Origin: Deinococcales bacterium
Lineage (GTDB): Bacteria > Deinococcota > Deinococci > Deinococcales > JAAFIG01
Reading direction: 5' to 3'
DNA length: 64,000 nt
Assembly: GCA_043778225.1 (NCBI GenBank)
Contig: JAYWGM010000051.1
Span: 24,861-88,860 of the forward strand
In this document: in pieces, positions 29,660-38,577 of the stretch
Layout: the number at the start of each line of letters is the position of its first letter
Position numbering within the stretch: the stretch's first letter is position 1
Translations under genes and position numbers: made by a program
The notes under the pieces: model-generated
The model's database searches: none
Seen by the model: only the letters and a program-made list of their open reading frames with translations
What the model was told of the DNA's origin: nothing

Positions 29660-30715
29660 TCAATCATCGGCAATAATGTACACATCTATCCCCGTGCTGC
29701 GCCGCAGGATTTCCAAAACCACCGAGCCAGAGATAATTTCCTTAAACCTCGAGCGGTGCGATTCGCCAATAATAACTTGGGTGGCGTGTTCGGCTTTTAG
29801 GTATGCCACCAGACTCGAGGCGGTGTCTGTGCCGTCTAGAACTGTCCAAGTTGCCTTGAATTCTCGAGCCAGATGCTCGAGTTCGTTCAAAACATCAAAT
29901 TCTGGTTGCTTATAAGCACGGTTTTTAATATGCACCACCAATAAATCGCCTTTTAAGCGTTGCACCACCCGAGCGCCACGGCGAATCAGCCGAGCATCGT
30001 GCTGTTCGGCGCGGACTGCCACCACAATTCGTTCTTTTACGCCGCGTCCAAGGATTTCGGCTGGATTAATCGGTTCTTCTTCGACCACATCGGCAGTGCG
30101 ACGCAGTGCCAATTCGCGCAGCACCGCCAGATTCTCGACCGTAAAAAAACTGGTCAGGGCTTGGTCTATTTTTTCTTTGGCATAGATTTTTCCAGCCCCG
30201 AGGCGGTCACGCAGCGCCTCGGGTGAAATATCGACAATCACCACTTCGTCTGCCTCGAGTACCACTTGGTCTGGGACTCGTTCGCGTACCCGAACACTGG
30301 TTAAGCGTGCGACTTCATCGTTGAGGCTTTCAAGATGCTGGATATTGAGGGTGCTGATGACGTTAATCCCAGCTTCTAAAATTTCTTCGACATCCAAGTA
30401 ACGCTTGGGGTGCTTAGAAGTTGGCACATTGCTGTGTGCTAGTTCATCCACCATCACCCATTCGGGGCGGCGCTCGAGAATACCAGCCACGTCGAGTTCG
30501 GTTAGGGTTGTGCCTTTGTAGAGAATCTCGAGCCGAGGAAAAATCGGTAGGTCTTGGGCGGCGGCTACGGTATCTTTACGTTTATGGGTCTCGAGTAAAC
30601 CAATAATTGCATCCAGCCCATCGGTGCGTAAATCGCGGATTTCATGTAATGCCCGCACGGTTTTCCCGACACCAGCCGCCATGCCCAAATAAATTTTGTG
30701 TCTACCGCGAATCAT
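29660..30715 (-). CDS. kdpD: stand-alone KdpD N-terminal region (KdpD + USP domains, no TM or kinase part)
   Basis: RGRHKIYLGMAAGVGKT, VDELAHSN, STLNIQHLESLND, LRELALR; C-terminal USP domain. Confidence 0.88.
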   Translation of the reverse strand: MIRGRHKIYLGMAAGVGKTVRALHEIRDLRTDGLDAIIGLLETHKRKDTVAAAQDLPIFPRLEILYKGTTLTELDVAGILERRPEWVMVDELAHSNVPTSKHPKRYLDVEEILEAGINVISTLNIQHLESLNDEVARLTSVRVRERVPDQVVLEADEVVIVDISPEALRDRLGAGKIYAKEKIDQALTSFFTVENLAVLRELALRRTADVVEEEPINPAEILGRGVKERIVVAVRAEQHDARLIRRGARVVQRLKGDLLVVHIKNRAYKQPEFDVLNELEHLAREFKATWTVLDGTDTASSLVAYLKAEHATQVIIGESHRSRFKEIISGSVVLEILRRSTGIDVYIIADD

Positions 30716-31400
30716 GAAGAATCTCGAGTAGTACCGCAGGCTCATCGCCAATAATGCCGTCCACGCCCATTTCGAGTAGCTTAGCCGCAATTTCTGGGTC
30801 GTTGACCGTCCAAGTATTGACTTTCCAACCGCGGGCATGGGCATTTTTGACCAGTTCTGGTGTGACTTGGCTAAAATGCGGATGAATCGCATTGACCCCC
30901 AAAAACGGCGCTAAGTAACCATGATCCAGCCACCAATTTTTCTGAGAATTATAAAAAAGCAGCCCAGTCTCGAGTCCGGGGGCAAAACGTTTAATACGCC
31001 ATAACGAAACTGGATTAAAACTCGAAATAATAATTTGATTGCCCAGTCCACTGCGTTCGACCAAGGTTGCCACGCCATGTTCGCGTCTGTCAGTAGCAAG
31101 CGTCTCGAGTTTAATTTCGATATTGACAAACGCACCTGTGGTTTTAGCCCACGCCAACACTTGCTCGAGTTTTGGGACAGCATAGCCATCAGGTAGGCGC
31201 AACTCGGCAAAATCCAGTGCCGCAATGGTGCGCCCATCGGGCAAATGGAAATCGTGATGGACAACCAAAACGCCGTCCCGAGTGCGTTGTATATCGAGTT
31301 CGATACCACCTAAACCAGCTTCTAGGGCAGCTTCAAAAGCTGGCATGGTGTTCTCGAGATGCACCCGATTTGCGCCGCGATGACCGAGTAAAAGTGTCAC
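30702..31400 (-). CDS. glycerophosphodiester phosphodiesterase
   Basis: GHRGA..ENT, IELDIQ..DG..VVHHD, NIEIK, ISSF, WTVND motifs. Confidence 0.93.
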   Translation of the reverse strand: MTLLLGHRGANRVHLENTMPAFEAALEAGLGGIELDIQRTRDGVLVVHHDFHLPDGRTIAALDFAELRLPDGYAVPKLEQVLAWAKTTGAFVNIEIKLETLATDRREHGVATLVERSGLGNQIIISSFNPVSLWRIKRFAPGLETGLLFYNSQKNWWLDHGYLAPFLGVNAIHPHFSQVTPELVKNAHARGWKVNTWTVNDPEIAAKLLEMGVDGIIGDEPAVLLEILHDSR

Positions 31401-31483
31401 ACTAGATTCTAACCCATGCTTAGGGGCTATACTATGGCTATGTACACTCGTAATTTGTATAAAAATCGTATGGGGAGTCCATC

Positions 31484-32665
31484 ATGATTGACCAAGATTT
31501 ACGCGAAGCTGGCATCCAACCCGAAGACATCGAAACTAGGCTCGAGGGGCAAGGTGGAAAAGTTTTAATCATCACCAGCCGAGAATTGGTCTACTACGAC
31601 AATTCACGACTACAACGCGGCAGGCTGCGTGAAATCGTCAATGTGAAGACCGCTAAAACAGGCGAATTAACCGTTAAATCGCCTACCGAAACCCTGATAG
31701 ATGGCAGTATTAAGGGCTTTGACTTAGCCGAACTCAAATTCTTTTTTGAAACTGTCAAGGGCGCGATTGCTCGAGCCAAAGCCAGTGCGACCGGCACAGA
31801 TTTTCCAGCCCCCAAAGCCGCTATCCCAGAACCTATTACTGCCCCTCCAGCCCTTGCTTCAATGTGGGATGAAACACCAGCCCCAGCCCCGTCATGGGAT
31901 GCTGCCCCACCACCATCTTGGGATACTGTGCCTCCAGCCCCATCGTGGGACACCACGCCGCCCACGCCCCCCAACACTTGGATGCCAGAAAAACAGACTT
32001 TTGAGGTTGGACCCGATGTCGTGGCGCACAATCCACAAAAAGATTCTTGGGCAGACTTGGATTCCGAACTCAATCCAGCCAAATCGGGCAGTCTGCCGGG
32101 TTTACTCAATGCCTCGGCAATGATTCCAGCCCCTAGCCCTGTCTTCCCAAGCAAAGCCCCCATAGACCCGTTTGCCGACCTTGCCCGCAATGCGCGTCCC
32201 AACAGTGGCGATGACTGGGGCAACTCGAGCAGTCCACCAATCAACCTCAAACCTGATGCCAAGCCAGACATCGGCGCGACAGGTGTGATGGTTGCCTCGA
32301 GTGCCAGTGGTGAATGGGGCGGCGAAATTATGGATGCCAGCACCGCCTTGGATGCCAAAACTCCTAAGTCTGGTAAAGGTCAAACCATGCGCTTAGGCGA
32401 CAACACGGCAGCAATCGAAGGGATTGCCCGTTGGCTAAGGATTCTATCGATTGTGTTTTTGATTGTTGGTGCAATTTTACCAGCTTCAATTTTAATCGAA
32501 GCTGATTTTTCACCCAGTCTCAATCAATTGGCTCTGATTATTGTCTCGTTCTTTGGTGGCTTATTATTGCCACTGATTGGCTGGGGCGTATCCGAACTCT
32601 TGGTCAGTTGGGCAAAAGCCGCCAGCGACTTGCGTTCGATTCGTAAAGCCACGCTTGGGCATTAA
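31484..32665 (+). CDS. hypothetical membrane protein with a Pro-rich linker (PSWD repeats) and two C-terminal TMs
   Basis: GGGGAG RBS; 393 aa; SMWD/PSWD repeated four times. Confidence 0.8.
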   Translation: MIDQDLREAGIQPEDIETRLEGQGGKVLIITSRELVYYDNSRLQRGRLREIVNVKTAKTGELTVKSPTETLIDGSIKGFDLAELKFFFETVKGAIARAKASATGTDFPAPKAAIPEPITAPPALASMWDETPAPAPSWDAAPPPSWDTVPPAPSWDTTPPTPPNTWMPEKQTFEVGPDVVAHNPQKDSWADLDSELNPAKSGSLPGLLNASAMIPAPSPVFPSKAPIDPFADLARNARPNSGDDWGNSSSPPINLKPDAKPDIGATGVMVASSASGEWGGEIMDASTALDAKTPKSGKGQTMRLGDNTAAIEGIARWLRILSIVFLIVGAILPASILIEADFSPSLNQLALIIVSFFGGLLLPLIGWGVSELLVSWAKAASDLRSIRKATLGH

Positions 32666-32699
32666 AAAAGGAGCATCATCACGATGCTCCAACTTTTTT
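32664..32699. terminator. bidirectional terminator
   Basis: A-run, GGAGCATC-atcac-GATGCTCC, T-run. Confidence 0.7.
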
Positions 32700-32784
32700 C
32701 TGGCTTGGCTTGGTCTTGGTTAAACTCCAAGCGCTTTTGCTGTCCTCGCAACGATAAGTCTCGAGGACAACACGGGTTTCGGGT

Positions 32785-32907
32785 TTAGTGGCAACAATAG
32801 TTGTTCGTAAAGTCTTTGTCATGGTGTCGGTGGCGATCAGAGACGCGGAGCGCAGCGCGGATGAGAACGAAAGAATGATGTTTGATGGTCGGTTCTCTAT
32901 TGGTCAT
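32785..32907 (-). CDS. 40-aa His/Cys-rich small peptide
   Basis: TAAGGAG RBS then MTNREPTIKHHSFVLIRAALRVSDRHRHHDKDFTNNYCCH. Confidence 0.5.
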   Translation of the reverse strand: MTNREPTIKHHSFVLIRAALRVSDRHRHHDKDFTNNYCCH

Positions 32908-32927
32908 GACAAGCTCCTTATGATCAT

Positions 32928-32987
32928 AAAAAACCTCGGCGGGTAAGCCGAGGTCATCTTTTAAGTAAAAACTTAGATGGGTTCGGC
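32928..32987 (-). promoter_or_regulatory. overlapping antiterminator/terminator (attenuator)
   Basis: terminator ACCTCGGC-ttaccc-GCCGAGGT plus T-run; alternative stem GCCGA/CATC/TAAGT pairing with ACTTA/GATG/TCGGC shares the terminator 5' arm. Confidence 0.6.
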
Positions 32988-33068
32988 AAAAACAAAATCG
33001 GCGGACAGGCGAAAACCTCGAGCCTCGAGTGCGCTGGGTTGGATAAATAAATTGTTGACCATCTGCAT
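32973..33068 (-). CDS. 31-aa putative leader peptide
   Basis: AAAGGAG RBS 5 nt before ATG; MQMVNNLFIQPSALEARGFRLSADFVFAEPI; ends inside the antiterminator. Confidence 0.55.
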   Translation of the reverse strand: MQMVNNLFIQPSALEARGFRLSADFVFAEPI

Positions 33069-33229
33069 TCACGCTCCTTTTGGATTTTCTGCGCCAAAGG
33101 CAGATTTGAGTACGCCAAGTGTACTAAGCCAAGTGCATTTGTGCAAGCTACGCCAAAGGGCTTAGAGGACGGTTAAAAGGGGAAAAGGTTAGAAGGTAAA
33201 ACCAATTTGACCTTTTAATCCTAAATCTT

Positions 33230-34168
33230 TTAGTATCCTTTTGCTCGGTCAATCAGATTCTCGAGGGGCTTACCCGCCATAAAGTTCTGAGCGTTGCGGC
33301 GCAGTAGGCTTTCGGCTTTGCGGTAAAAATTGGGTCCTCCACCAGCAATATGTGGCGTTAAAATCAGATTCTCGAGTTTCCAAAGTGGGGAGTCTTCGGG
33401 CAGAGGTTCGGTTTGGGTCACATCCAGAGCCGCACCGCTCAGATGTCCAGACTCGAGGGCAGTCAGCAAATCGGTTTCGATAATCGCACTACCGCGCCCG
33501 ACGTTGACCAGCCATGCACCTTTTTTGAATTGGGCTAGGCGCTGGCTCGAGATAAAACCGTGGGTCTCGGGGGTGTCGGGCAGCACCAAAATAACCGCAT
33601 CAAAATTGGGCAGAATGTGGTCTATGTTCTCGAGTGCATGAATGGTGTAGGCTTGGTGCTGACGACCCGAACGGGTTACACCTTCTACGTCACAACCAAA
33701 AGGCACAAGGCGTTTGGCAATCTCGAGTCCGATGCTGCCAAACCCAACAATTAAAATTTTTGCACCCTCGAGCGTTAAAAAATCCTTACCCGTCAAGGCG
33801 TGCTGATACGCGCCTCTGTCCCATTTGGCATGGTGTTGGGCATCGCGGAAATGATGCAGACGGCGCACCCCAGCTAGTAACAAACTGACCGCCAATTCGG
33901 CGGTTGGGGCATCGTGCAGACCCTTGCCATTAGAAATCAGGATGTCTGCTCGGGGTGATAAATTCAGCACATGATCTACACCCGCCGAGAGGGTCTGAAG
34001 GTACTTTAGATTTGGCATTTGCAATAATGGCGCAAGCCTTTGCTTACCCCAAACAACCAGCGCATCGGTATTAAAAGCACTCAGATCATCTCGAGAACCA
34101 AAACGAACCACTTCAAGCGGAAAATTCTCGAGTGATAGCGGCACAGAATCTGGAATCAGAATTTGCAT
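33230..34168 (-). CDS. D-isomer-specific 2-hydroxyacid dehydrogenase
   Basis: SAGVDH, IVGFGSIG, LVNVGRG, ALDV..EPLP, TPHIAG motifs. Confidence 0.92.
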   Translation of the reverse strand: MQILIPDSVPLSLENFPLEVVRFGSRDDLSAFNTDALVVWGKQRLAPLLQMPNLKYLQTLSAGVDHVLNLSPRADILISNGKGLHDAPTAELAVSLLLAGVRRLHHFRDAQHHAKWDRGAYQHALTGKDFLTLEGAKILIVGFGSIGLEIAKRLVPFGCDVEGVTRSGRQHQAYTIHALENIDHILPNFDAVILVLPDTPETHGFISSQRLAQFKKGAWLVNVGRGSAIIETDLLTALESGHLSGAALDVTQTEPLPEDSPLWKLENLILTPHIAGGGPNFYRKAESLLRRNAQNFMAGKPLENLIDRAKGY

Positions 34169-34195
34169 CTGACAATTGTATGCGTATACTCGAGC

Positions 34196-35065
34196 ATGAT
34201 GCAAAAGTTTTTGGCAACAATCCTGCTGGTTTTTTTAAGTCACTCGAGTGACAGCGCCTCGAGTCCAGTGCTGCTGGCGGTTGGCGACATTGCCACTTGT
34301 GGTAACGCTGGCGCGAGCATCACGGCTGGAATTATCAAAAAGCAACTCGAGTCACACCCCAATGCTAAACTGGCAATTCTGGGCGATATAGCTTATGAGC
34401 GCGGCACAGATGCCGAATTTAAGTGCTTTGACGCGGCGTATGGAGAATTTAAGAACATTTCCTATCCGTCGCCCGGCAACCACGAGTATTACACCCCCAA
34501 CGCGCTTGGGTATTACTCGTATTATGGTACTCGAGCCGGCGACCCAAAACGTGGCTACTACACTTATAAAATTGGCGCATGGCGGATTTTTGCCCTGAAC
34601 AGCAATTGCGCCCCAATTGGCGGCTGTGACGCAAAAAGCCCTCAAGTTAAATGGCTACAAGCCACATTGGCACAAAACCCGAGCGACTGCGCCCTTGCCT
34701 ACTGGCATCACCCCAGATTCTCGAGTGGCAGACACGGCAATAGTAGCTTTATGCAGGACATCTGGGCAGTGCTGGCAAAAGCCAAAGTGGATGTCGTGCT
34801 GTACGCTCATGACCACACCTACGAGCGCTTTGTACCGCTTGATATGAACGGTAAACCAGACCCCAAAGGGACTCGAGCTTTTGTGATTGGCACAGGCGGA
34901 CGCAGCCTTTATCCGTTCTCTAATCCCAATAAAAACAGTGCAGTTAAGCAAAATACCGACCTTGGAATTGGTAAATTTACCCTCGAGCCAAACGGTTACA
35001 GTTGGGAATTTCTGAGTGCTTTGCCAAATGGATTTACCGATAAAGGCAGTGCCAAGTGCAATTAA
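34196..35065 (+). CDS. secreted metallophosphoesterase (calcineurin-like)
   Basis: signal peptide; AVGDIA, LGDIAY, PGNHEY, WHHP, HDHTYER motifs. Confidence 0.9.
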   Translation: MMQKFLATILLVFLSHSSDSASSPVLLAVGDIATCGNAGASITAGIIKKQLESHPNAKLAILGDIAYERGTDAEFKCFDAAYGEFKNISYPSPGNHEYYTPNALGYYSYYGTRAGDPKRGYYTYKIGAWRIFALNSNCAPIGGCDAKSPQVKWLQATLAQNPSDCALAYWHHPRFSSGRHGNSSFMQDIWAVLAKAKVDVVLYAHDHTYERFVPLDMNGKPDPKGTRAFVIGTGGRSLYPFSNPNKNSAVKQNTDLGIGKFTLEPNGYSWEFLSALPNGFTDKGSAKCN

Positions 35066-35487
35066 AGCCGTAAATTATGATGGTCTGCCATTAAACAACG
35101 ACTCTGCACGACTTCGATTCCCGCCTTGAGCAACTTGGCGCTAAATTCTGGGTTGTGAATGCCAAGCTGTAACCAGACCAGTTTTGGCAATGGCTGCATC
35201 GCTAGAATATCCGATAAATGTTGCTCGAGAAATTCGGCACGCCTAAACATATCGACAATCTCTATCGGTTCTTGTAGTTCGGCTAAGGTGGCTTTGACTG
35301 GCTGATTAAACATTGTTGTCCCAACCAAGGACGCATTGACTGGCAAAATTTTGTAGCCAGACTCAAGCATATACTGCGCCACATAATGGGCTGGTTTTTC
35401 GGGATTGGCACTGACCCCAAGCACGGCAATGGTTTTAGCCGATTCAAGCACCTCCCGAACCTCGGACAAGCCAATTCGTTCAAGCAT
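35062..35487 (-). CDS. CoA-binding protein (YccU-like)
   Basis: TIAVLGVSANPEKPA, PVN, VDMFRR, VWLQLGI motifs. Confidence 0.9.
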   Translation of the reverse strand: MLERIGLSEVREVLESAKTIAVLGVSANPEKPAHYVAQYMLESGYKILPVNASLVGTTMFNQPVKATLAELQEPIEIVDMFRRAEFLEQHLSDILAMQPLPKLVWLQLGIHNPEFSAKLLKAGIEVVQSRCLMADHHNLRL

Positions 35488-36010
35488 TGGGCATCACCTT
35501 TGGTTTTTTTGGTCCTCGAGTTCCGATGTAAACACCAAGCGCCAAAACAACCAAAGCGGCAATTCCCCAAATCGGACTGGCATCGCCGCCAGCTTTACCC
35601 TCGGTGACAGAAAAACGCAAAGGCTGTGTCTGACTCGAGCCAACTGGCACGAGCTTAGCATCCTCGGGCTGCAGCACATCTAAGTCGAGTGCCGAAGTCC
35701 ATGTCCGATTGGCTTGGTACATCCGCACCGTTACAATATGGGCATAAGGTAACTCGAGTGGCAACTGAGCCACATAGTCTGTCCCTTCACGGCGCATCGC
35801 ATATTCGCCCATCACCCGACCGCCTCGGGTGATGTTCAGCGTTACGGTTTGCAAATCGGTCATTCCGGGCGAGACCCGAAACTCGAGTTTCTGTCCTTGT
35901 AGCACCGTCAAGCCACGCTCGAGATTGGTGGCTGGAGAAATTTTTAGGCTGGCTTCTTGTGCCAAAGCGGTGGTAGAAAAAAACGCCAAGATGATCAATA
36001 GTATTTTCAT
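35480..36010 (-). CDS. exported protein with a C-terminal membrane anchor
   Basis: signal peptide (ALA); C-terminal TM followed by a basic tail. Confidence 0.75.
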   Translation of the reverse strand: MKILLIILAFFSTTALAQEASLKISPATNLERGLTVLQGQKLEFRVSPGMTDLQTVTLNITRGGRVMGEYAMRREGTDYVAQLPLELPYAHIVTVRMYQANRTWTSALDLDVLQPEDAKLVPVGSSQTQPLRFSVTEGKAGGDASPIWGIAALVVLALGVYIGTRGPKKPKVMPNA

Positions 36011-36030
36011 GTTTTACTCCAGAATCTAGG

Positions 36031-38421
36031 TCACTCTGCATCGTCGGTAGGGATAACCGCCGCCACAATTTCGGTTTCGTCGGTCAGTACGGCTTTGACC
36101 TCGAGCCGACCAACTTCACGCACCCGATGTGCAAACAGCTTATTCAACAAACCATAATTCGGATGTCCCGCAAGGCTCGAGACCACCTTTTTTGGCGCGA
36201 TAGGCTCAAGGTCGCCAAAATCCATCTCGAGCGCTGCAAGTGGTGGCGCATCGGGTAGCGTTTCTAAATCAAAAGTCTCGAGCGACCCAAGCCCGTCAGG
36301 TGCATCTTTAGGGTCAAGAAGCGACCCAAGCGACCCAAGCCCGTGAGGTGCATCTTTAGGGTCAAGAAGCGACCCAAGCCCGTGAGGTGCATCTTTAAGG
36401 TCAAGAAGCGACCCAAGCCCGTGAGGTGCATCTTTAAGGTCAAGAATGTCTGTGGTCAAGACTGCTACTGACTCCAACTCAAAAGACGACCCATACTCTG
36501 TGGGCAATGGCGCATCATCATCAAAGGGAGGTATATCTTCATAGACCGAAGGCTCGTCAACTGGCTCGAGAAACACCATCGGTTCTGGCTCGAGAGGCGC
36601 TACTTTTTCTGGCTCGAGAGCTGCCACAAATTCGGCTGGGCTAAATAAGCCAGCTTTGGCTTGGCTACTACCAAGTGCATCAAAAGCCAAATCTGAAGCG
36701 ACTTGAGACGCAGACTGACTGATTGGCTCGAGCAGTAGAAGCTCGAGAAGTAATTTTGCTGGTGGAGCTTGGATTTGACTTGACGCGGGTTCTGGCTGTA
36801 CAGGCAATGGTAAAGCCTCGAGAACCGCCGCCACAACTCGCGCCGCAGGTTGCGAGGTCGTTGGGTTATGAAGGGCTCTTGAATTTTTTTTTGTGCCGTC
36901 TGGCATCACCAATTCAAGTGCCACACCATGCCCAAGCACTTGCTGGGTTAAGGCTGCTAATTCCTCGAGCTTAGAAGCCACTTGCTCGGCGTGCCATTTG
37001 TTCTTGGGGTTGCTGTACTCAATCACCAAAGTATCGGCGCTCAGATGCCCAACCGCTTCTTTGAGAATCGCCCTAAGCCGCAAATCGGCTTTGAGAATCA
37101 CGTCTGCCCAGCCTTTAGAGCCTAAAGGCGCAACTGCCTTTGGCGCTTCTGGGGCGGCTCGAGGCGGAGCGGATGGTGCGGTTTCAAACGGCGGCTCATC
37201 CGATTCCAAAACAGGCACAACCGGACGGCGCGGCGCTCGAGCCGTCGGGTCAAATTCTGGCACAGGGCGCTGCCCACTGGCTTTTAAGCCCTCGTCTACC
37301 ACTTTTTGGAATGCCCCACGGACTTGCTTCTCGAGGTTTGCCACCCGAGATTCAAGGGCGGGCGAAACCGTGCCTGTTTCTGTTGCCGTTTCTGGCGCAA
37401 GCATGGCTTTGGTAAACGCCATTTCTAAAGCCATTAAATCCGAAGCCCGAGCAAAACGCCCGTCTTCTTCGTCAAGCGCCCGAATCAGGCGCAGCAAATG
37501 CACTTCGCCAAAAGTTTCGGCAACATTTTTAGACAAGCCAAGCTGGGCGTGTAACTGGTCACGCAAGGCAATTTTGACCCGTTCGGTGATGGTGCGTGGC
37601 GCAAAACCATCCGAATAAAAGGCAGTTAAATTCTGCATTAGGCGCTTGGTGTCGCCTCGAGCCAAGGACATCGCTAAGGCTTCTACACGGTCTTGAGGCG
37701 GTAAACCCAGCGCTCCTTCGACCATCTCGAGCGTTAAATTAGGTTCGCCCGAAGCCAGCAGCCGCTCGAGTAAACTTTCGCCGTCGCGCATTGCCCCATC
37801 GGCGGCTCGAGCAATTAAGTTTAAGGCTTGCGGCGAAGGATTGACCCCTTCCGCCATAGCGGTTTTTAAGAGTTTGCCTGCAATTTCATCCGCCGATAAA
37901 CGCCGAAAACGGTAATGCTGGCAACGACTAAGAATCGTGGCGGGTAAGCGCTCTGGTTCGGTCGTGGCAAGCACAAAAACCGCATGGCTCGGTGGTTCTT
38001 CAAGGGTTTTTAAGAGTGCATTAAAAGCACTTTTACTCATCATGTGGGCTTCATCGAGGATATAGACTTTTTTATCGCCACGCATCGGTTGTAGGGCTAC
38101 TTTTTCGCGCAAGTCTCGGACATCATCAACGCTGTTGTTGCTGGCGGCATCAATCTCGAGAACATCGGGATGTCTGCCAGCAATCACGCTTTTGCACGAG
38201 TCGCACGTGCCGCATGGTTTGACCCCCAGCGTTTCGCAATTGACGGTCATGGCAATCAGCCGCGCCGTGGTGGTTTTGCCTACGCCGCGTGGACCGCTAA
38301 ACAGATAGGCATGACCAATTCGCCCGCGTTCCAAGGCTGGTCGCAGCACATCTTTAACGTGTTCTTGCCCAACGACTTCATCCCAGTGGATTGGTCTCGA
38401 GCGTTGATAAATCGCGGTCAT
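36031..38421 (-). CDS. dnaX: DNA polymerase III subunit tau/gamma
   Basis: VVGQEHV, HAYLFSGPRGVGKTT, Cys4 Zn site, EIDAASN, DEAHM, SRC motif; A9 run at 36884-36892. Confidence 0.97.
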   Translation of the reverse strand: MTAIYQRSRPIHWDEVVGQEHVKDVLRPALERGRIGHAYLFSGPRGVGKTTTARLIAMTVNCETLGVKPCGTCDSCKSVIAGRHPDVLEIDAASNNSVDDVRDLREKVALQPMRGDKKVYILDEAHMMSKSAFNALLKTLEEPPSHAVFVLATTEPERLPATILSRCQHYRFRRLSADEIAGKLLKTAMAEGVNPSPQALNLIARAADGAMRDGESLLERLLASGEPNLTLEMVEGALGLPPQDRVEALAMSLARGDTKRLMQNLTAFYSDGFAPRTITERVKIALRDQLHAQLGLSKNVAETFGEVHLLRLIRALDEEDGRFARASDLMALEMAFTKAMLAPETATETGTVSPALESRVANLEKQVRGAFQKVVDEGLKASGQRPVPEFDPTARAPRRPVVPVLESDEPPFETAPSAPPRAAPEAPKAVAPLGSKGWADVILKADLRLRAILKEAVGHLSADTLVIEYSNPKNKWHAEQVASKLEELAALTQQVLGHGVALELVMPDGTKKNSRALHNPTTSQPAARVVAAVLEALPLPVQPEPASSQIQAPPAKLLLELLLLEPISQSASQVASDLAFDALGSSQAKAGLFSPAEFVAALEPEKVAPLEPEPMVFLEPVDEPSVYEDIPPFDDDAPLPTEYGSSFELESVAVLTTDILDLKDAPHGLGSLLDLKDAPHGLGSLLDPKDAPHGLGSLGSLLDPKDAPDGLGSLETFDLETLPDAPPLAALEMDFGDLEPIAPKKVVSSLAGHPNYGLLNKLFAHRVREVGRLEVKAVLTDETEIVAAVIPTDDAE
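36281..36445. repeat. 4 x 39-bp tandem repeat inside dnaX (LD[L/P]KDAP[H/D]GLGSL)
   Basis: unit AGCGACCCAAGCCCGT(C/G)AGGTGCATCTTTA(G/A)GGTCAAGA; solo copy at 57084-57121. Confidence 0.92.
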
Positions 38422-38484
38422 GGTTTCATCCTATCTTTTCCTCATGAAACAGGTAATTTGTCTTTCTGGGTACTTGATTTTGGC

Positions 38485-38577
38485 TTGACAAATTCAAGTT
38501 TGGGTGTATCATCTGGCTAGAGAGGGCTGTGCATATAAAAGCCGCCCACCCGCCACTTATTAAGGTGGCGGTTTTTT
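38485..38577 (+). ncRNA. putative short transcript of about 60 nt with promoter and terminator, antisense to the 3' end of the RelA/SpoT gene
   Basis: TTGACA-16 nt-TATCAT, then CCGCCAC-loop-GTGGCGG-T6; no ORF in between. Confidence 0.35.

Noticed and set aside
32785..33072. 95-aa ORF from the ORF track
   Set aside because: Its GTG is 1 nt from the SD and it runs through a terminator. Two short ORFs with well-spaced SDs explain the region better.
31594..37618. Long antisense ORFs such as 31594-32358 and 36893-37618
   Set aside because: They shadow well-supported genes on the opposite strand and show no motifs or start signals.
38422..38560. SRP RNA (ffs) upstream of dnaX
   Set aside because: No recognisable SRP domain IV motif on either strand.
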